DNA from: Candidatus Zixiibacteriota bacterium
Lineage (GTDB): Bacteria > Zixibacteria > MSB-5A5 > SM23-73-2
Assembly (NCBI GenBank): GCA_030615745.1
Contig: JAUWYR010000001.1
Coordinates: 29,959 to 93,958, forward strand
Direction of reading: 5' to 3'
DNA length: 64,000 nt
The stretch's first letter is position 1. Each line of letters starts with the position of its first letter. The position numbers and the translations under genes are program-made. A model generated the notes under the pieces. The model did no database searches and was not told the DNA's origin. It saw only the letters and a program-made list of their open reading frames with translations. Positions 34,231 through 43,875 of the stretch are shown in pieces.

Positions 34231-35463
34231 ATGAAGGTCAAAAGTTTGTTTTTTGGATATTTTTTTTGTTTATTGTTTTTTTGGTTTAATTTGGGGTTAT
34301 GTTTTGATCCATGTGATTTAGGTCAGCCAGACACAGTTTATTTCACACCGTTCAGTCCCCATTCCGAGAATGAGGAGACTTTATATATATCCTGCAATGT
34401 CGATTCAGCTTTTGTGATAATAGACCTTAATTTTTGGAACGATTATGAATTTCAGGGTTTTTTTATCCCCTTGGTGGATCTTTGTTACTATGGAAGTGCA
34501 AAAGCTTATTTGGATTCAGCCAAAAATGAAAGTTGTTTTGTGGGATCGAGGGTAGAGGACTTCGATATTCTTTCTCTGAATTTAGAAGGCGATTCTATTA
34601 AATCACCGATACCTCCCAATTTCTTAGCAGGAGGAGTGGACTTCACAGATAGTATTCCCGGTGGAAATGGACTTCTATGCAGATTGAAATTCACAGTGGA
34701 AGATACGGGTTCTATTAGTTTGGATACTTTACATGGTTTCTATCCACCCATAGATGGTGCCTATTATTCATTTACTCGACCAGATGCGTTCACCTACTAT
34801 CCGGTATTTCAAGCCAAAACCTTTATTGTAGCATACTTTCCGAATAATCCTCCTTTAGTTTCAGCTCCAGGACAAGATTCTGGTTATGTTGGAGATACTA
34901 TAAAATATCTCTTTTTTGCATCTGACCCGGATAGTGATGTTTTGCTGAATGAGGCTTTAGCCCAGTTGGTTCCGGATTGTGGGGTCTATTCTGCTTTGAG
35001 AACCACTGGCGCAGGAACTGATACCGGAACCTGGGAGGTTACTTTTGATGCCTCAGGATGCTCCGGAGGTTCATATTCTTTGATAGTAGGAGTAAAGGAT
35101 AGCTGTGAAAATACAGGATATGATACTACTGTTATAGACCTAAAAGAGGTCTCAGGAACAGCTGAGCAAGAAAAAAAGAACTCTTTTAGATTCTCGTTAT
35201 CCCAGAACTATCCTAACCCTTTTAATCTTGGCACTCAGATTCTGGTTGAACTTCCAAAAAGCTGTGAAGTCAGTTTAAAAATCTATAACTTGGTTGGACA
35301 GGTGGTAAACACTTTGGTTGAGGGGAGGATGAGAGAAGGTGTGTGGGTTCTTTTCTGGAATGGAGAGGATGAATCCGGAAGGGAAGTTGCTTCAGGGATA
35401 TATTTCATCAAGCTTACGACCAAAGATTATGTCAGCACAAAAAAGATGCTTTTGATCAAATAA
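34231..35463 (+). CDS. T9SS cargo protein: signal peptide, cohesin-like N-module, Ig-like (putative-Ig/cadherin-like) module and a type A Por/T9SS C-terminal sorting domain.
   Basis: 410 aa. The C-terminus FSLSQNYPNPFNLGTQILVELPKSCEVSLKIYNLVGQVV...GIYFIKLTT....KKMLLIK is a classic T9SS CTD. GGNGLLCRLKFTVEDTGSISLD is cohesin-like. NNPPLVSAP...ASDPDSD is Ig-like. Confidence 0.8.
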   Translation: MKVKSLFFGYFFCLLFFWFNLGLCFDPCDLGQPDTVYFTPFSPHSENEETLYISCNVDSAFVIIDLNFWNDYEFQGFFIPLVDLCYYGSAKAYLDSAKNESCFVGSRVEDFDILSLNLEGDSIKSPIPPNFLAGGVDFTDSIPGGNGLLCRLKFTVEDTGSISLDTLHGFYPPIDGAYYSFTRPDAFTYYPVFQAKTFIVAYFPNNPPLVSAPGQDSGYVGDTIKYLFFASDPDSDVLLNEALAQLVPDCGVYSALRTTGAGTDTGTWEVTFDASGCSGGSYSLIVGVKDSCENTGYDTTVIDLKEVSGTAEQEKKNSFRFSLSQNYPNPFNLGTQILVELPKSCEVSLKIYNLVGQVVNTLVEGRMREGVWVLFWNGEDESGREVASGIYFIKLTTKDYVSTKKMLLIK

Positions 35464-35490
35464 ACTCAGTTGCTCAGCAAAAAAAAGCAA

Positions 35491-35521
35491 AAAAAACCGC
35501 CTTTTTGAGGCGGTTTTTTTT
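35491..35521 (+). terminator. Rho-independent terminator AAAAAACCGCCT-ttttg-AGGCGGTTTTTTTT.
   Basis: Read directly. Confidence 0.85.
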
Positions 35522-35559
35522 CTTTCCTTTTAGATTCTATCAGTTTATTTTAGATTAAA

Positions 35560-37035
35560 ATGAAAAGGGCATTCACTAAAAGAAAAGTTTTGTTTTTTAT
35601 CGGTCTGGTAGGAGTGATTTGTTTTCTACCATCACTTTTCTTCTTTTTTTGTGCAGACGATTTTGTCTGGATAGAGAAGTCTAGAAATATTTGCCTATCC
35701 ACGATTCCCGATCTGGTTAAGGAGTATAATTTCACACTAAGATTCAGGCCAGTGATAAATTTAGTCTTTAGGCTTAATTATTACATCTTTAGTCTAAAAC
35801 CATTATGTTATCATCTCATTAATGTGATACTCCACATATTCAATGCTTTTTTTCTATATCTTCTTCTCTCTCATTTTAGCAAAGATTCTAAGTTCAATTT
35901 ATTTATCACTTTTGTTTTCTTGAGCCATTTTATCCATGAGGAATCGGTCTTTTGGATTTCATCTTTGTCCACCTTATTGGGTGCCTTTCTTTATCTTGCT
36001 TCACTTCTTCTTTTTATGAATTATCAAGACAAAAGAAGAAAAAAATCAATTTACTTTCTTTCGATTTTTTTATTTACAATCGCTCTTTTTTCAAGAGAGG
36101 ATAGCTTCACCTTACCTTGTGTTATTTTAATCTTTTTTTATTTAAAATCTGCTAATTGGTCAAACTCTATTACTAAGTTAAAAAAGCAGATAGGTTGTCT
36201 TTCCCCTTTCATTATTATTTCAATTCTTTATTTGATTTTCCAACTTTTTATTTTTCAGCGTCCTTTATTTTCGAAAATGTTTACCACAAGCCCTTCGATC
36301 TGGATGAAAAATCTATTTTACTTTCTCGGCAATTATCTGTTTCCAGTAAGATTGATTTTTGACCTTTCCGAATATAAACTGCATAGTTTTCTTCTGAATT
36401 TTTTTGAACAGAACTTGAAATTTTCTCTTTTGGGTCTGATCTTTTTAGTTTTGAGTATTGGTTTTCTGATTTTCATAATAAGATTATTTAGAAGAAAAAA
36501 TCCACTTTTTAATTTTGGTATTTTATTTTCTTTTTTAACTATTCTACCTTATCTTTTCTTAAACGCAAACGGTCAGAGGTTTTGCTATCTTCCAGCTATT
36601 GGATTTTCCTTATCCTTAATGGGTGTTATACAAATGTTTTTTCAAAAAAGAGAAAAAGGATATCTTGCGAAAGTATATAAACGTTTGACTTTAGTGATTA
36701 GCACAATAATTATTCTTAATTTTTTAATACTTTATGAAAGAGGGTATTGGTGGTATAAAGGAGGAAACATAGTTAAAAATATTGTTAAACAGACAGAGGG
36801 AACATTATCCAAGGTTCCGCAAAAAGAGACTGTTTATTTTGTGGATTTGCCCAGAAGAATTCATGGGGCTTATATTTTTCACTTAGGCTTTTCTGAGGCA
36901 ATTAAGTTATTCTATCCAGAATTAGAATTTGAGATTAAAGAGATCGATCAATCCGATCTAAAGAAAATAGGGGGGTTAGCGGATAAATATGTTTTCATAT
37001 ATGAAAATGGGAAGTTAATTAAGCTTGATGATTAA
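35560..37035 (+). CDS. Polytopic GT-C-type glycosyltransferase (PMT/TMTC/ArnT-like), without a TPR tail
   Basis: 491 aa with more than 10 TM helices. First-loop acidic motif CADDFVWIE and the pattern RFRPVINLVF...YHLINVILHIFNA are typical of TMTC/PMT_2-like proteins. Confidence 0.6.
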   Translation: MKRAFTKRKVLFFIGLVGVICFLPSLFFFFCADDFVWIEKSRNICLSTIPDLVKEYNFTLRFRPVINLVFRLNYYIFSLKPLCYHLINVILHIFNAFFLYLLLSHFSKDSKFNLFITFVFLSHFIHEESVFWISSLSTLLGAFLYLASLLLFMNYQDKRRKKSIYFLSIFLFTIALFSREDSFTLPCVILIFFYLKSANWSNSITKLKKQIGCLSPFIIISILYLIFQLFIFQRPLFSKMFTTSPSIWMKNLFYFLGNYLFPVRLIFDLSEYKLHSFLLNFFEQNLKFSLLGLIFLVLSIGFLIFIIRLFRRKNPLFNFGILFSFLTILPYLFLNANGQRFCYLPAIGFSLSLMGVIQMFFQKREKGYLAKVYKRLTLVISTIIILNFLILYERGYWWYKGGNIVKNIVKQTEGTLSKVPQKETVYFVDLPRRIHGAYIFHLGFSEAIKLFYPELEFEIKEIDQSDLKKIGGLADKYVFIYENGKLIKLDD

Positions 37036-37191
37036 GATATTTTGCGTTGTGTCAAGACCTCAGTCCTGACGCAACTATTTAAAATCGAAGAAGCTAATCA
37101 ACTTGCTCTTAAGATAATTGGAAACTTAAGCAAGAGATATGTTTTCAAATATGAAAATGAAAAGTCAATTAAGCTCGATGATTAAGATATT
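36985..37191 (+). repeat. 57-nt direct duplication of the 3' end of the GT-C gene (36985-37041 and 37135-37191).
   Basis: Copy 1 encodes KYVFIYENGKLIKLDD*. Copy 2 encodes RYVFKYENEKSIKLDD*. Two hairpins lie between them. Confidence 0.7.
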
Positions 37192-37203
37192 ATTATCCTG
37201 TAG

Positions 37204-38946
37204 TTACACCACCTGCGAGGGTATCTTTTTTTCCTTTTCCACCTTATACTTCTTAAAATAGACAACAAAAACAGAACCTTTGCCTAACTCAGATGTGAAT
37301 TCGATTTTTCCACCTAAATTGTTAACCAACCTCTGGACAATTGGTAATCCTAATCCTGTCCCGTCCTTTTTAGTAGAATAAAATGGATAAAAAAGCCTTT
37401 CCTTTTGCTCTCTGTTCATCCCCTTACCGTTGTCAACAACAGCCATGGGAATCCAATCATCATCTTCCTCATCCACCTCATCTTCAAAATAAAATTCCTT
37501 TAACTTTTTCAAACTTTTTTTAGCAATAATAAGTCTGTTCCCCTTTTCCTCCATCGCCTCCAAAGCATTAACTAAAAGGTTTAAAAGAAGCTGTTTTATC
37601 TGATTTTCCTCACCCCAAACCCACAGTGATTGGTCGGGTAGTTCTTTTTCTATTTTGACCCCCTCTCTGAAGGAAGGATGTTTTTTCACTATCTCGATCC
37701 CTTCATTTATGATAGATGTAAGCTCAACTTTGGACAAAGTGGTCTGTTTTATTTTTGCATATTGTAAAAACTCATTTAGTATCGAATTTAGCCTTGATGA
37801 TTCTTTTAAAATTAGCTCCATAAGTTTTTGATTCTTATCGGTGAGTTTAAGCTCCCCTTTTAAAACTTCAACTGAGCCGGAGATAGAAGCTAATGGATTA
37901 CGTATCTCATGTGCAATTCCAGCTGAGAGTTCACCCACAGCAGCAAGTCTATCCTTAATCCTCATCTCCTCTTCTATTTTTTTAACACCAGTTAAATCCT
38001 GAAAAATTGCGATCAATCCTCTCTTGCTTCCATCTTTGTCAATCAATATTGATGTACTCATTCCGATAGGGAACTTTCTTTTGTTCAAAGAGGTAATATA
38101 AAGCTCATAGCGGGAATGCATCTTCTCAGATTCTAACGCTTCAGAGAACCTCTCCGCAAACTCCGGCATTCTATTAAAAAAAACCTCTGTGAATTTCTTT
38201 CCCTTTATATCTTTTTCCTTATAGCCTAAGATCTCTTCTGCTGCTTTGTTAAAATATATTACATTTCCATAGTTGTCCACTGTCAGCACTCCAGACCTTA
38301 AATGTCTTAAGATGTCATCTGTGTCCATCTTCACTCGATCCAGCTCAGCAGAGGTGGACAAAAGCTTTTCACCTTCCTTTTTTAACCTCTGCGCCAGATA
38401 ACCGCTGATAAAAGCTATTAAATAAAAAGAACAGAAAAACAAAAAAAGCTTGTAAAAAGATGCTTCATCTAAACTGTTAAGAGCTGAAAAAACCTTTCTA
38501 AAAGAAACAAAGGTAAGCTCTTTTCCTTCCAAAAGAAAAGCCCATGAGCAAAAAAAACTTGCCAATGTGGCTACCAAGACTGTGCCGGATAGATGATAAA
38601 TGAGGCTGGCTGAGACGATGGTGATTAGGAAAAGGAGAAAAAATTCACTTGCCTGTCCTCCGGTTGAGTGAACAATTTCGCTCTCTATATATAGTTCGCA
38701 GATTATCTGTAATGCAATAATTGTATTGAAAAGCAAAGGGAGCTGAAGGTGAGTTCTTAAAAGAAAAAAGATAAGAAATCCTAAGGTTAAAAAACCATAG
38801 ATTAAAAAGGAGGGGATTAAAAAGTCAGGACTTTTCAGAATAAAAAGGACGATAGATAAAAGGAGTAAAAAGACCAAAAGCTTCAAAAATAAAAGCCAGT
38901 AGATCTTGGATGGTCTTTTTGGGCTATCTTCTAAAGAGATCTCCAT
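37204..38946 (-). CDS. PilS-like sensor histidine kinase (polytopic N-terminus, PAS, HisKA, HATPase)
   Basis: 580 aa. H-box AHEIRNPLASISG, N-box LLNLLVNALEA and G-boxes DNGKGM / GTGLGLPIV. No response regulator is adjacent. Confidence 0.85.
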   Translation of the reverse strand: MEISLEDSPKRPSKIYWLLFLKLLVFLLLLSIVLFILKSPDFLIPSFLIYGFLTLGFLIFFLLRTHLQLPLLFNTIIALQIICELYIESEIVHSTGGQASEFFLLFLITIVSASLIYHLSGTVLVATLASFFCSWAFLLEGKELTFVSFRKVFSALNSLDEASFYKLFLFFCSFYLIAFISGYLAQRLKKEGEKLLSTSAELDRVKMDTDDILRHLRSGVLTVDNYGNVIYFNKAAEEILGYKEKDIKGKKFTEVFFNRMPEFAERFSEALESEKMHSRYELYITSLNKRKFPIGMSTSILIDKDGSKRGLIAIFQDLTGVKKIEEEMRIKDRLAAVGELSAGIAHEIRNPLASISGSVEVLKGELKLTDKNQKLMELILKESSRLNSILNEFLQYAKIKQTTLSKVELTSIINEGIEIVKKHPSFREGVKIEKELPDQSLWVWGEENQIKQLLLNLLVNALEAMEEKGNRLIIAKKSLKKLKEFYFEDEVDEEDDDWIPMAVVDNGKGMNREQKERLFYPFYSTKKDGTGLGLPIVQRLVNNLGGKIEFTSELGKGSVFVVYFKKYKVEKEKKIPSQVV

Positions 38947-38986
38947 TAGGTCGTGGATTTTTTTTCAGATTCTCGATTTTTAACTT

Positions 38987-40186
38987 TTAGCCGATCTTTC
39001 CGATGATATCGAACATTGGAAGATACATAGCAATAAGAATTCCACCTATGACAGCCCCCATCACCACGATAATTACCGGCTCGATAATCGAAGTTAAAGC
39101 AGATACTGCTGCATCCACTTCCTCCTCATAGAAGTCAGCAATTTTTTGTAGCATCTCATCTAATCCTCCGGTCTTTTCACCAACTGAGATCATCTGACAG
39201 ACCATTGGTGGAAAGACCCCGGTCTCTTTTAGAGGTTGGGTGATGGTTTCTCCCTCAGCTATGGAGACCACTGATTTGCGGATAGCATCCTGAATCACTC
39301 TGTTGCCCGATGTTTTCGCTGTGATCTCGAGGGCGTCCAAAATGGAGACCCCGGAAGAGATCAAAGTGCCTAATGTACGAGTGAACCTCGCGATGGCACT
39401 CTTTCTTATGAGGTTTCCGAGCAAAGGAGCTTTTAATTTGAGTTTATCAATGGTCAACCTTCCACGGGGTGTTTTGGAGTAATAACGGTAGAAAATAAAA
39501 AGACCGATCAAAAGAATAAATCCGGTAAGAATATTGTGCCTAAGAAAAGCACTTATGCCTAAGACTATCTGAGTCGGTCCAGGAAGTTCAGCACCTAATC
39601 CCTCAAACATTTTGGCAAACACAGGAACAATATAGGTGAGCATAACAAAGGTGACTAAAGCAGCAACGGCGACAATAACTGAGGGATAGACTAAAGCCCC
39701 TTTTACTTTTCGGGCTAAAGCATCTGCTTTTTCTCTGTAAGTAGCTAATCTTGAAAGAATCTGGTCTAATGCTCCACCAATTTCTCCTGCATTAACCATG
39801 CTGACATATAGGTCATCAAAGGCTTTTTTATGCCGAGACAATGCATCAGCTAATGTGCTACCTGACTGAACGCTATCCTTTACTTTTTCAATCACCTCTT
39901 TGAATTGAGGAGTTTCTGCCTGCTGAGCCAATATCTCAAGACATTGAATCATTGGAAGCCCAGCTCCTATCATAGTGGAAAACTGACGGGTGAATCTCGA
40001 GATATGGATTTTTTTGATTCTCCTACCAAATCTGATATTTATCTGAGAGGGCTTGCTGGAAACTGATGTAACTAATATCTTATTTTGTCTTAAAATCCTT
40101 TCAAGCTCGGCTCTATTTTTCGCCTTCAGCTCTCCTGAGACCATAGCTCCTGCTAAGGTCTTACCTTGGTATTCGAATAAAGGCAA
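38987..40186 (-). CDS. pilC: Type IV pilus platform protein PilC (GspF family)
   Basis: 399 aa with two T2SSF repeats. Confidence 0.9.
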   Translation of the reverse strand: MPLFEYQGKTLAGAMVSGELKAKNRAELERILRQNKILVTSVSSKPSQINIRFGRRIKKIHISRFTRQFSTMIGAGLPMIQCLEILAQQAETPQFKEVIEKVKDSVQSGSTLADALSRHKKAFDDLYVSMVNAGEIGGALDQILSRLATYREKADALARKVKGALVYPSVIVAVAALVTFVMLTYIVPVFAKMFEGLGAELPGPTQIVLGISAFLRHNILTGFILLIGLFIFYRYYSKTPRGRLTIDKLKLKAPLLGNLIRKSAIARFTRTLGTLISSGVSILDALEITAKTSGNRVIQDAIRKSVVSIAEGETITQPLKETGVFPPMVCQMISVGEKTGGLDEMLQKIADFYEEEVDAAVSALTSIIEPVIIVVMGAVIGGILIAMYLPMFDIIGKIG

Positions 40187-40200
40187 TTTCTACCTCCTTT

Positions 40201-41280
40201 TTAACTTGAGGAGACAAGCTGTTTTTTTCTGGATAGGATCTCATTTAACTCCTGGATATTAGTGCTTCTGCCCAAGGCATCGCCCAAGGTGATTTTGTGG
40301 GATAGATATAAATCAGCTAAGGATTGGTTCATGGTTTTCATACCATACTTTTGTCCGGCTTGAATCATCGAGTAAATCTGGTGAATTTTGTCATCTCTTA
40401 TTAGAGCACGGATTGCTGGAGTGCAGATCATTAACTCCAAAGCTAATAGCCTTCCTCCTCCGATTTTTGGGACCAGCTGCTGGGTTGCCACTGCTTGAAT
40501 CACGAAGGAAAGTGTTACCCTTATCTGTTCCTGCTGGTGTACTGGAAAGATATCTATAATCCTATTTATTGACTCAGCGCATGAGTTGGTATGTAGGGTG
40601 GCAAAGACTAAATGGCCAGTCTCTGATATATTCAATGCTGCCTCAGTAGTCTCAAGATCCCTCATCTCACCTATAAGCACCACATCTGGATCTTCCCTTA
40701 AGGCATATTTTAATGCTGATGCAAAAGAAGATGTATCTGAATAGACCTCCCTCTGGTTAATAAGGGAACAGTTATGTCGGTGAAGATATTCGATGGGATC
40801 CTCAACTGTTAAGATGTGATCATGTCTGGTTTGATTTATTCTGTTGATTATAGATGCCAGAGTTGTTGATTTACCACTTCCAGTAGGACCGGTTATCAAA
40901 ACCAGACCTTGAGGTAGCTTAGCAAAGTCAGCTACTACCTTGGGAAGACCTAATTCTTCAAAGCTTCTGATTTTGAAAGGGATCATCCTGATTGCTACTG
41001 CGACATTCCCCCTTTGCATAAAGACGTTGCATCTGAATCTGGAGAGATTCTCAATTCCAAAAGATAAATCAAGCTCACTTATTTCCTCAAATTTCTGTCT
41101 TTGCCTTTCATTCATAATACTATAAGCCAACTTTCTTGTGTCCTCTGGGGTCAAAGGCTCATAATCTGCGCGAGTCAATTTCCCATCAATCCTTAGTTGA
41201 GGTGGAGTTCCCACTGTCAGGTGAAGGTCCGAGGCGTTCTTTTTCACCATTAATTCTAAAAGTTCTCTAAGGGTAACCAT
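40201..41280 (-). CDS. pilT: Type IV pilus retraction ATPase PilT
   Basis: 359 aa. GPTGSGKST Walker A, the AIRALIRDDKIHQI motif and His box. Confidence 0.9.
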   Translation of the reverse strand: MVTLRELLELMVKKNASDLHLTVGTPPQLRIDGKLTRADYEPLTPEDTRKLAYSIMNERQRQKFEEISELDLSFGIENLSRFRCNVFMQRGNVAVAIRMIPFKIRSFEELGLPKVVADFAKLPQGLVLITGPTGSGKSTTLASIINRINQTRHDHILTVEDPIEYLHRHNCSLINQREVYSDTSSFASALKYALREDPDVVLIGEMRDLETTEAALNISETGHLVFATLHTNSCAESINRIIDIFPVHQQEQIRVTLSFVIQAVATQQLVPKIGGGRLLALELMICTPAIRALIRDDKIHQIYSMIQAGQKYGMKTMNQSLADLYLSHKITLGDALGRSTNIQELNEILSRKKQLVSSS

Positions 41281-41664
41281 ATCTCTTGATGCTTCCGCAT
41301 TTCCTTTCGAGTAGTTTTAAAGAAACTTTTGAACCAAAGAGTTTCTATAATATTATCGACTTTAAAATGAAATTCTTAAATTAGAGAGATAAAAAGAGTT
41401 TTTTAATAGATAAAAGATTTTATCGAGATTAATTATCCGCAGCGAACTTTTTTAGTTAAGAAAATAATTTGCAATATCAGAACTATTGGAGTATTCAAGA
41501 AACAGAATTCAAAGTTGGATAAGTCTTTGGAAATCAATGCAATATGTTTTAAGTTTAAAGTCTTCGCCTGCCTGATTTGAATTTTTTTAAAAAACTTGTT
41601 AAATATGTCTGAACTAAGATACTAAAAATAAAAGGGAAGATCAAATTCTTAATATCCATATAAA

Positions 41665-43359
41665 TTACAGATTGGTCTCAGCCAAGACCTCCTCAACTGT
41701 GGCTATTCCTGCTTTTATCTTCTCTATCCCTGCATCTCTTAATGTTAGCATTCCATCTTCTACAGCTTTTTCTTTTATCATCTGGCTGGAGGCACCATCT
41801 AAGATCATCTTCTCTATCTCCGGGATAATGGGCAATACCTCAAAAAGACCAGTCCTTCCGGAAAAGCCTGAGTTGTTGCATTCAGAACACCCTTTTCCAC
41901 GAAAAAACTTCATTTTCTTCGCTTCCTCTTCAGATAACCCTAACATCTCTATTGTAGCAGGAAGAACTTTCACCTCCTCTTTGCACGCGCTGCAGATTTT
42001 ACGAACTATCCTTTGAGCCATAATTAATCTGACCGCAGAAGCAACCAGATAATGTGGAATTCCCATGTCGACCAACCTGTTTATAGTGCTCGATGCGTCG
42101 TTGGTGTGTAGTGTAGAAAAGACTAAATGTCCTGTTAAAGCAGCACGAATCGCTATCTCAGCGGTCTCCTCATCTCTTATCTCCCCAACCATTATTATGT
42201 CGGGGTCCTGACGCAAAAAAGATCTTAAACAGGTGGCAAAAGTGCGTCCGATATCTGATTTGACCTGAACCTGATTGATACCATCGAAGTTGAACTCCAC
42301 CGGGTCTTCAGCTGTGAGAATATTGACATCTATGCTGTTGAGCTGTTTTAAAGCGGAATATAGGGTAGTGGTCTTGCCACTTCCAGTTGGTCCGGTTACA
42401 AGAATCATTCCATAGGGGAGTTTGATAGCTTTTGTGAACTTCCCCAGTCCCCTTTCAGGAAAACCGAGTCTGGTCAAATCGACCATCAAGCTTTTAGGGT
42501 CAAGTATTCGCATGACAACTTTTTCACCATATATAGTGGGTAAAATCGAGAGCCGAATATCAATAGCACGATCTCCTATTTTAACCTTGATTCTTCCATC
42601 CTGAGGCAATCTCCTTTCTGAGATATCTAAGTCCGCCATTATCTTCACCCTCGAGATAATAGCAGCACGGTATTTGAAAGGTAGAGGAGCCATCTCATGA
42701 AGGATTCCATCTATTCTATACCGCACCCTTATCCTCTTTTCATAGCATTCGATGTGAATATCAGATGAGCCCCTTCTGATTGCATCTGTGATAATTCCAT
42801 CAACTAATTTGACCAAGGGTTTGTCCTGAACCTGAGATTGAAGGTCTTGCTCAGAAGGGGTGTCTTCTTTTTCCTCGATAACTTCCAATTCCTCATCCTC
42901 CAATCCCTTTAAAATCTCACTTATTCCAGAAGTATCTCGATAGTGGGTATTTATTGCTTTCTGGATTGCTTTTTCCGGACTGATAACTGGTTGGATACCG
43001 CAGCTGGTTATAAATTTAATTGCATCCAGAACATAAATATTATTTGGGTCGGATATAGCCACCACCAGGGTTTTTCCTAATTTGGTGATCGGGATGACAT
43101 TGAACTTTCTGGCTATATCTAATGGAATGGTTTTGATCACCTCGGGATTGAGCTCTATATCAGAAAGGCGTAGGGTCCCGATGTTAAGCTGTTTTCCAAC
43201 GAATTCTGAAAGCTCCTCCTCACCCCCTAAAGCACCTATCTCGATCAAGATATCACCGAGCTTGGAATTCGCCCTCTTCTGTAGCTCTAAAGCTTTGTCC
43301 AGCTGGTCCTGGGTGATTTTGCCAGCTTTGACCAGCATCTTCCCGAGTTCAGTGCTCAT
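41665..43359 (-). CDS. pilB: Type IV pilus assembly ATPase PilB (GspE family with T2SSE_N domain and a tetra-Cys zinc site)
   Basis: 564 aa. GPTGSGKTTT, CSACK...CSECNNSG. Confidence 0.9.
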   Translation of the reverse strand: MSTELGKMLVKAGKITQDQLDKALELQKRANSKLGDILIEIGALGGEEELSEFVGKQLNIGTLRLSDIELNPEVIKTIPLDIARKFNVIPITKLGKTLVVAISDPNNIYVLDAIKFITSCGIQPVISPEKAIQKAINTHYRDTSGISEILKGLEDEELEVIEEKEDTPSEQDLQSQVQDKPLVKLVDGIITDAIRRGSSDIHIECYEKRIRVRYRIDGILHEMAPLPFKYRAAIISRVKIMADLDISERRLPQDGRIKVKIGDRAIDIRLSILPTIYGEKVVMRILDPKSLMVDLTRLGFPERGLGKFTKAIKLPYGMILVTGPTGSGKTTTLYSALKQLNSIDVNILTAEDPVEFNFDGINQVQVKSDIGRTFATCLRSFLRQDPDIIMVGEIRDEETAEIAIRAALTGHLVFSTLHTNDASSTINRLVDMGIPHYLVASAVRLIMAQRIVRKICSACKEEVKVLPATIEMLGLSEEEAKKMKFFRGKGCSECNNSGFSGRTGLFEVLPIIPEIEKMILDGASSQMIKEKAVEDGMLTLRDAGIEKIKAGIATVEEVLAETNL

Positions 43360-43369
43360 TTTAACCTTT

Positions 43370-43858
43370 TTAATCTTTGAAGATGTCGTCCAGCTTGTCT
43401 TCAGCTGATTGGGTGAACTCAGTTCCGAGACTCAAATTTTCCTTATCTTCGGATTTTTTTGCTTGAGAGAGAATCGAGACTATACTTTCTCCTATCTCTT
43501 TGGCATATAGCCTGACCATCCCAATGGTAGTGCGATCATCGAAGATCACAGCTAAGATGGTTCTATCACCTACCAGGGTGAGATGGATATGGTCTCTTTT
43601 TCCCTGATGGAAAAGGATTGAGAACTCCGGCTCCCCTACAAGCCTAGCTATCTCTTTAGTGGATGCGAAGCTTCCAGCTAAAAGCGCAGCCAAAGCAGTT
43701 GTATCAAGAGTATGAGTAAAGCCCTGACGGGTGATGAGATAACCATCTTTGTCTACCAGAAGAGCACATTTCGCCTCAGCTCCCTTGATGAGCTTTTGAA
43801 GGGTTTGATTAATCCTCTCGATCTGCTCCTCGTAAATTATGAGTTTGTCATCGCTCAA
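43370..43858 (-). CDS. mglB: MglB (Roadblock/LC7 GTPase-activating partner of MglA)
   Basis: 162 aa. LIIYEEQIERINQTLQKLIKGAEAKCALLVDKDGYLI...FHQGKRDHIHLTLVGDRTILAVIFDDRTTIGMVRLY closely parallels the Myxococcus MglB sequence as I recall it. Confidence 0.8.
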   Translation of the reverse strand: MSDDKLIIYEEQIERINQTLQKLIKGAEAKCALLVDKDGYLITRQGFTHTLDTTALAALLAGSFASTKEIARLVGEPEFSILFHQGKRDHIHLTLVGDRTILAVIFDDRTTIGMVRLYAKEIGESIVSILSQAKKSEDKENLSLGTEFTQSAEDKLDDIFKD

Positions 43859-43875
43859 TTTTTTTCCCTCCCTAT

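Noticed and set aside
41281-41664. The 384-nt AT-rich gap between pilB and pilT was inspected for small ORFs, pilin genes or structured RNA.
   Set aside because: Nothing convincing was found. It most simply carries an internal promoter for pilT-pilC.
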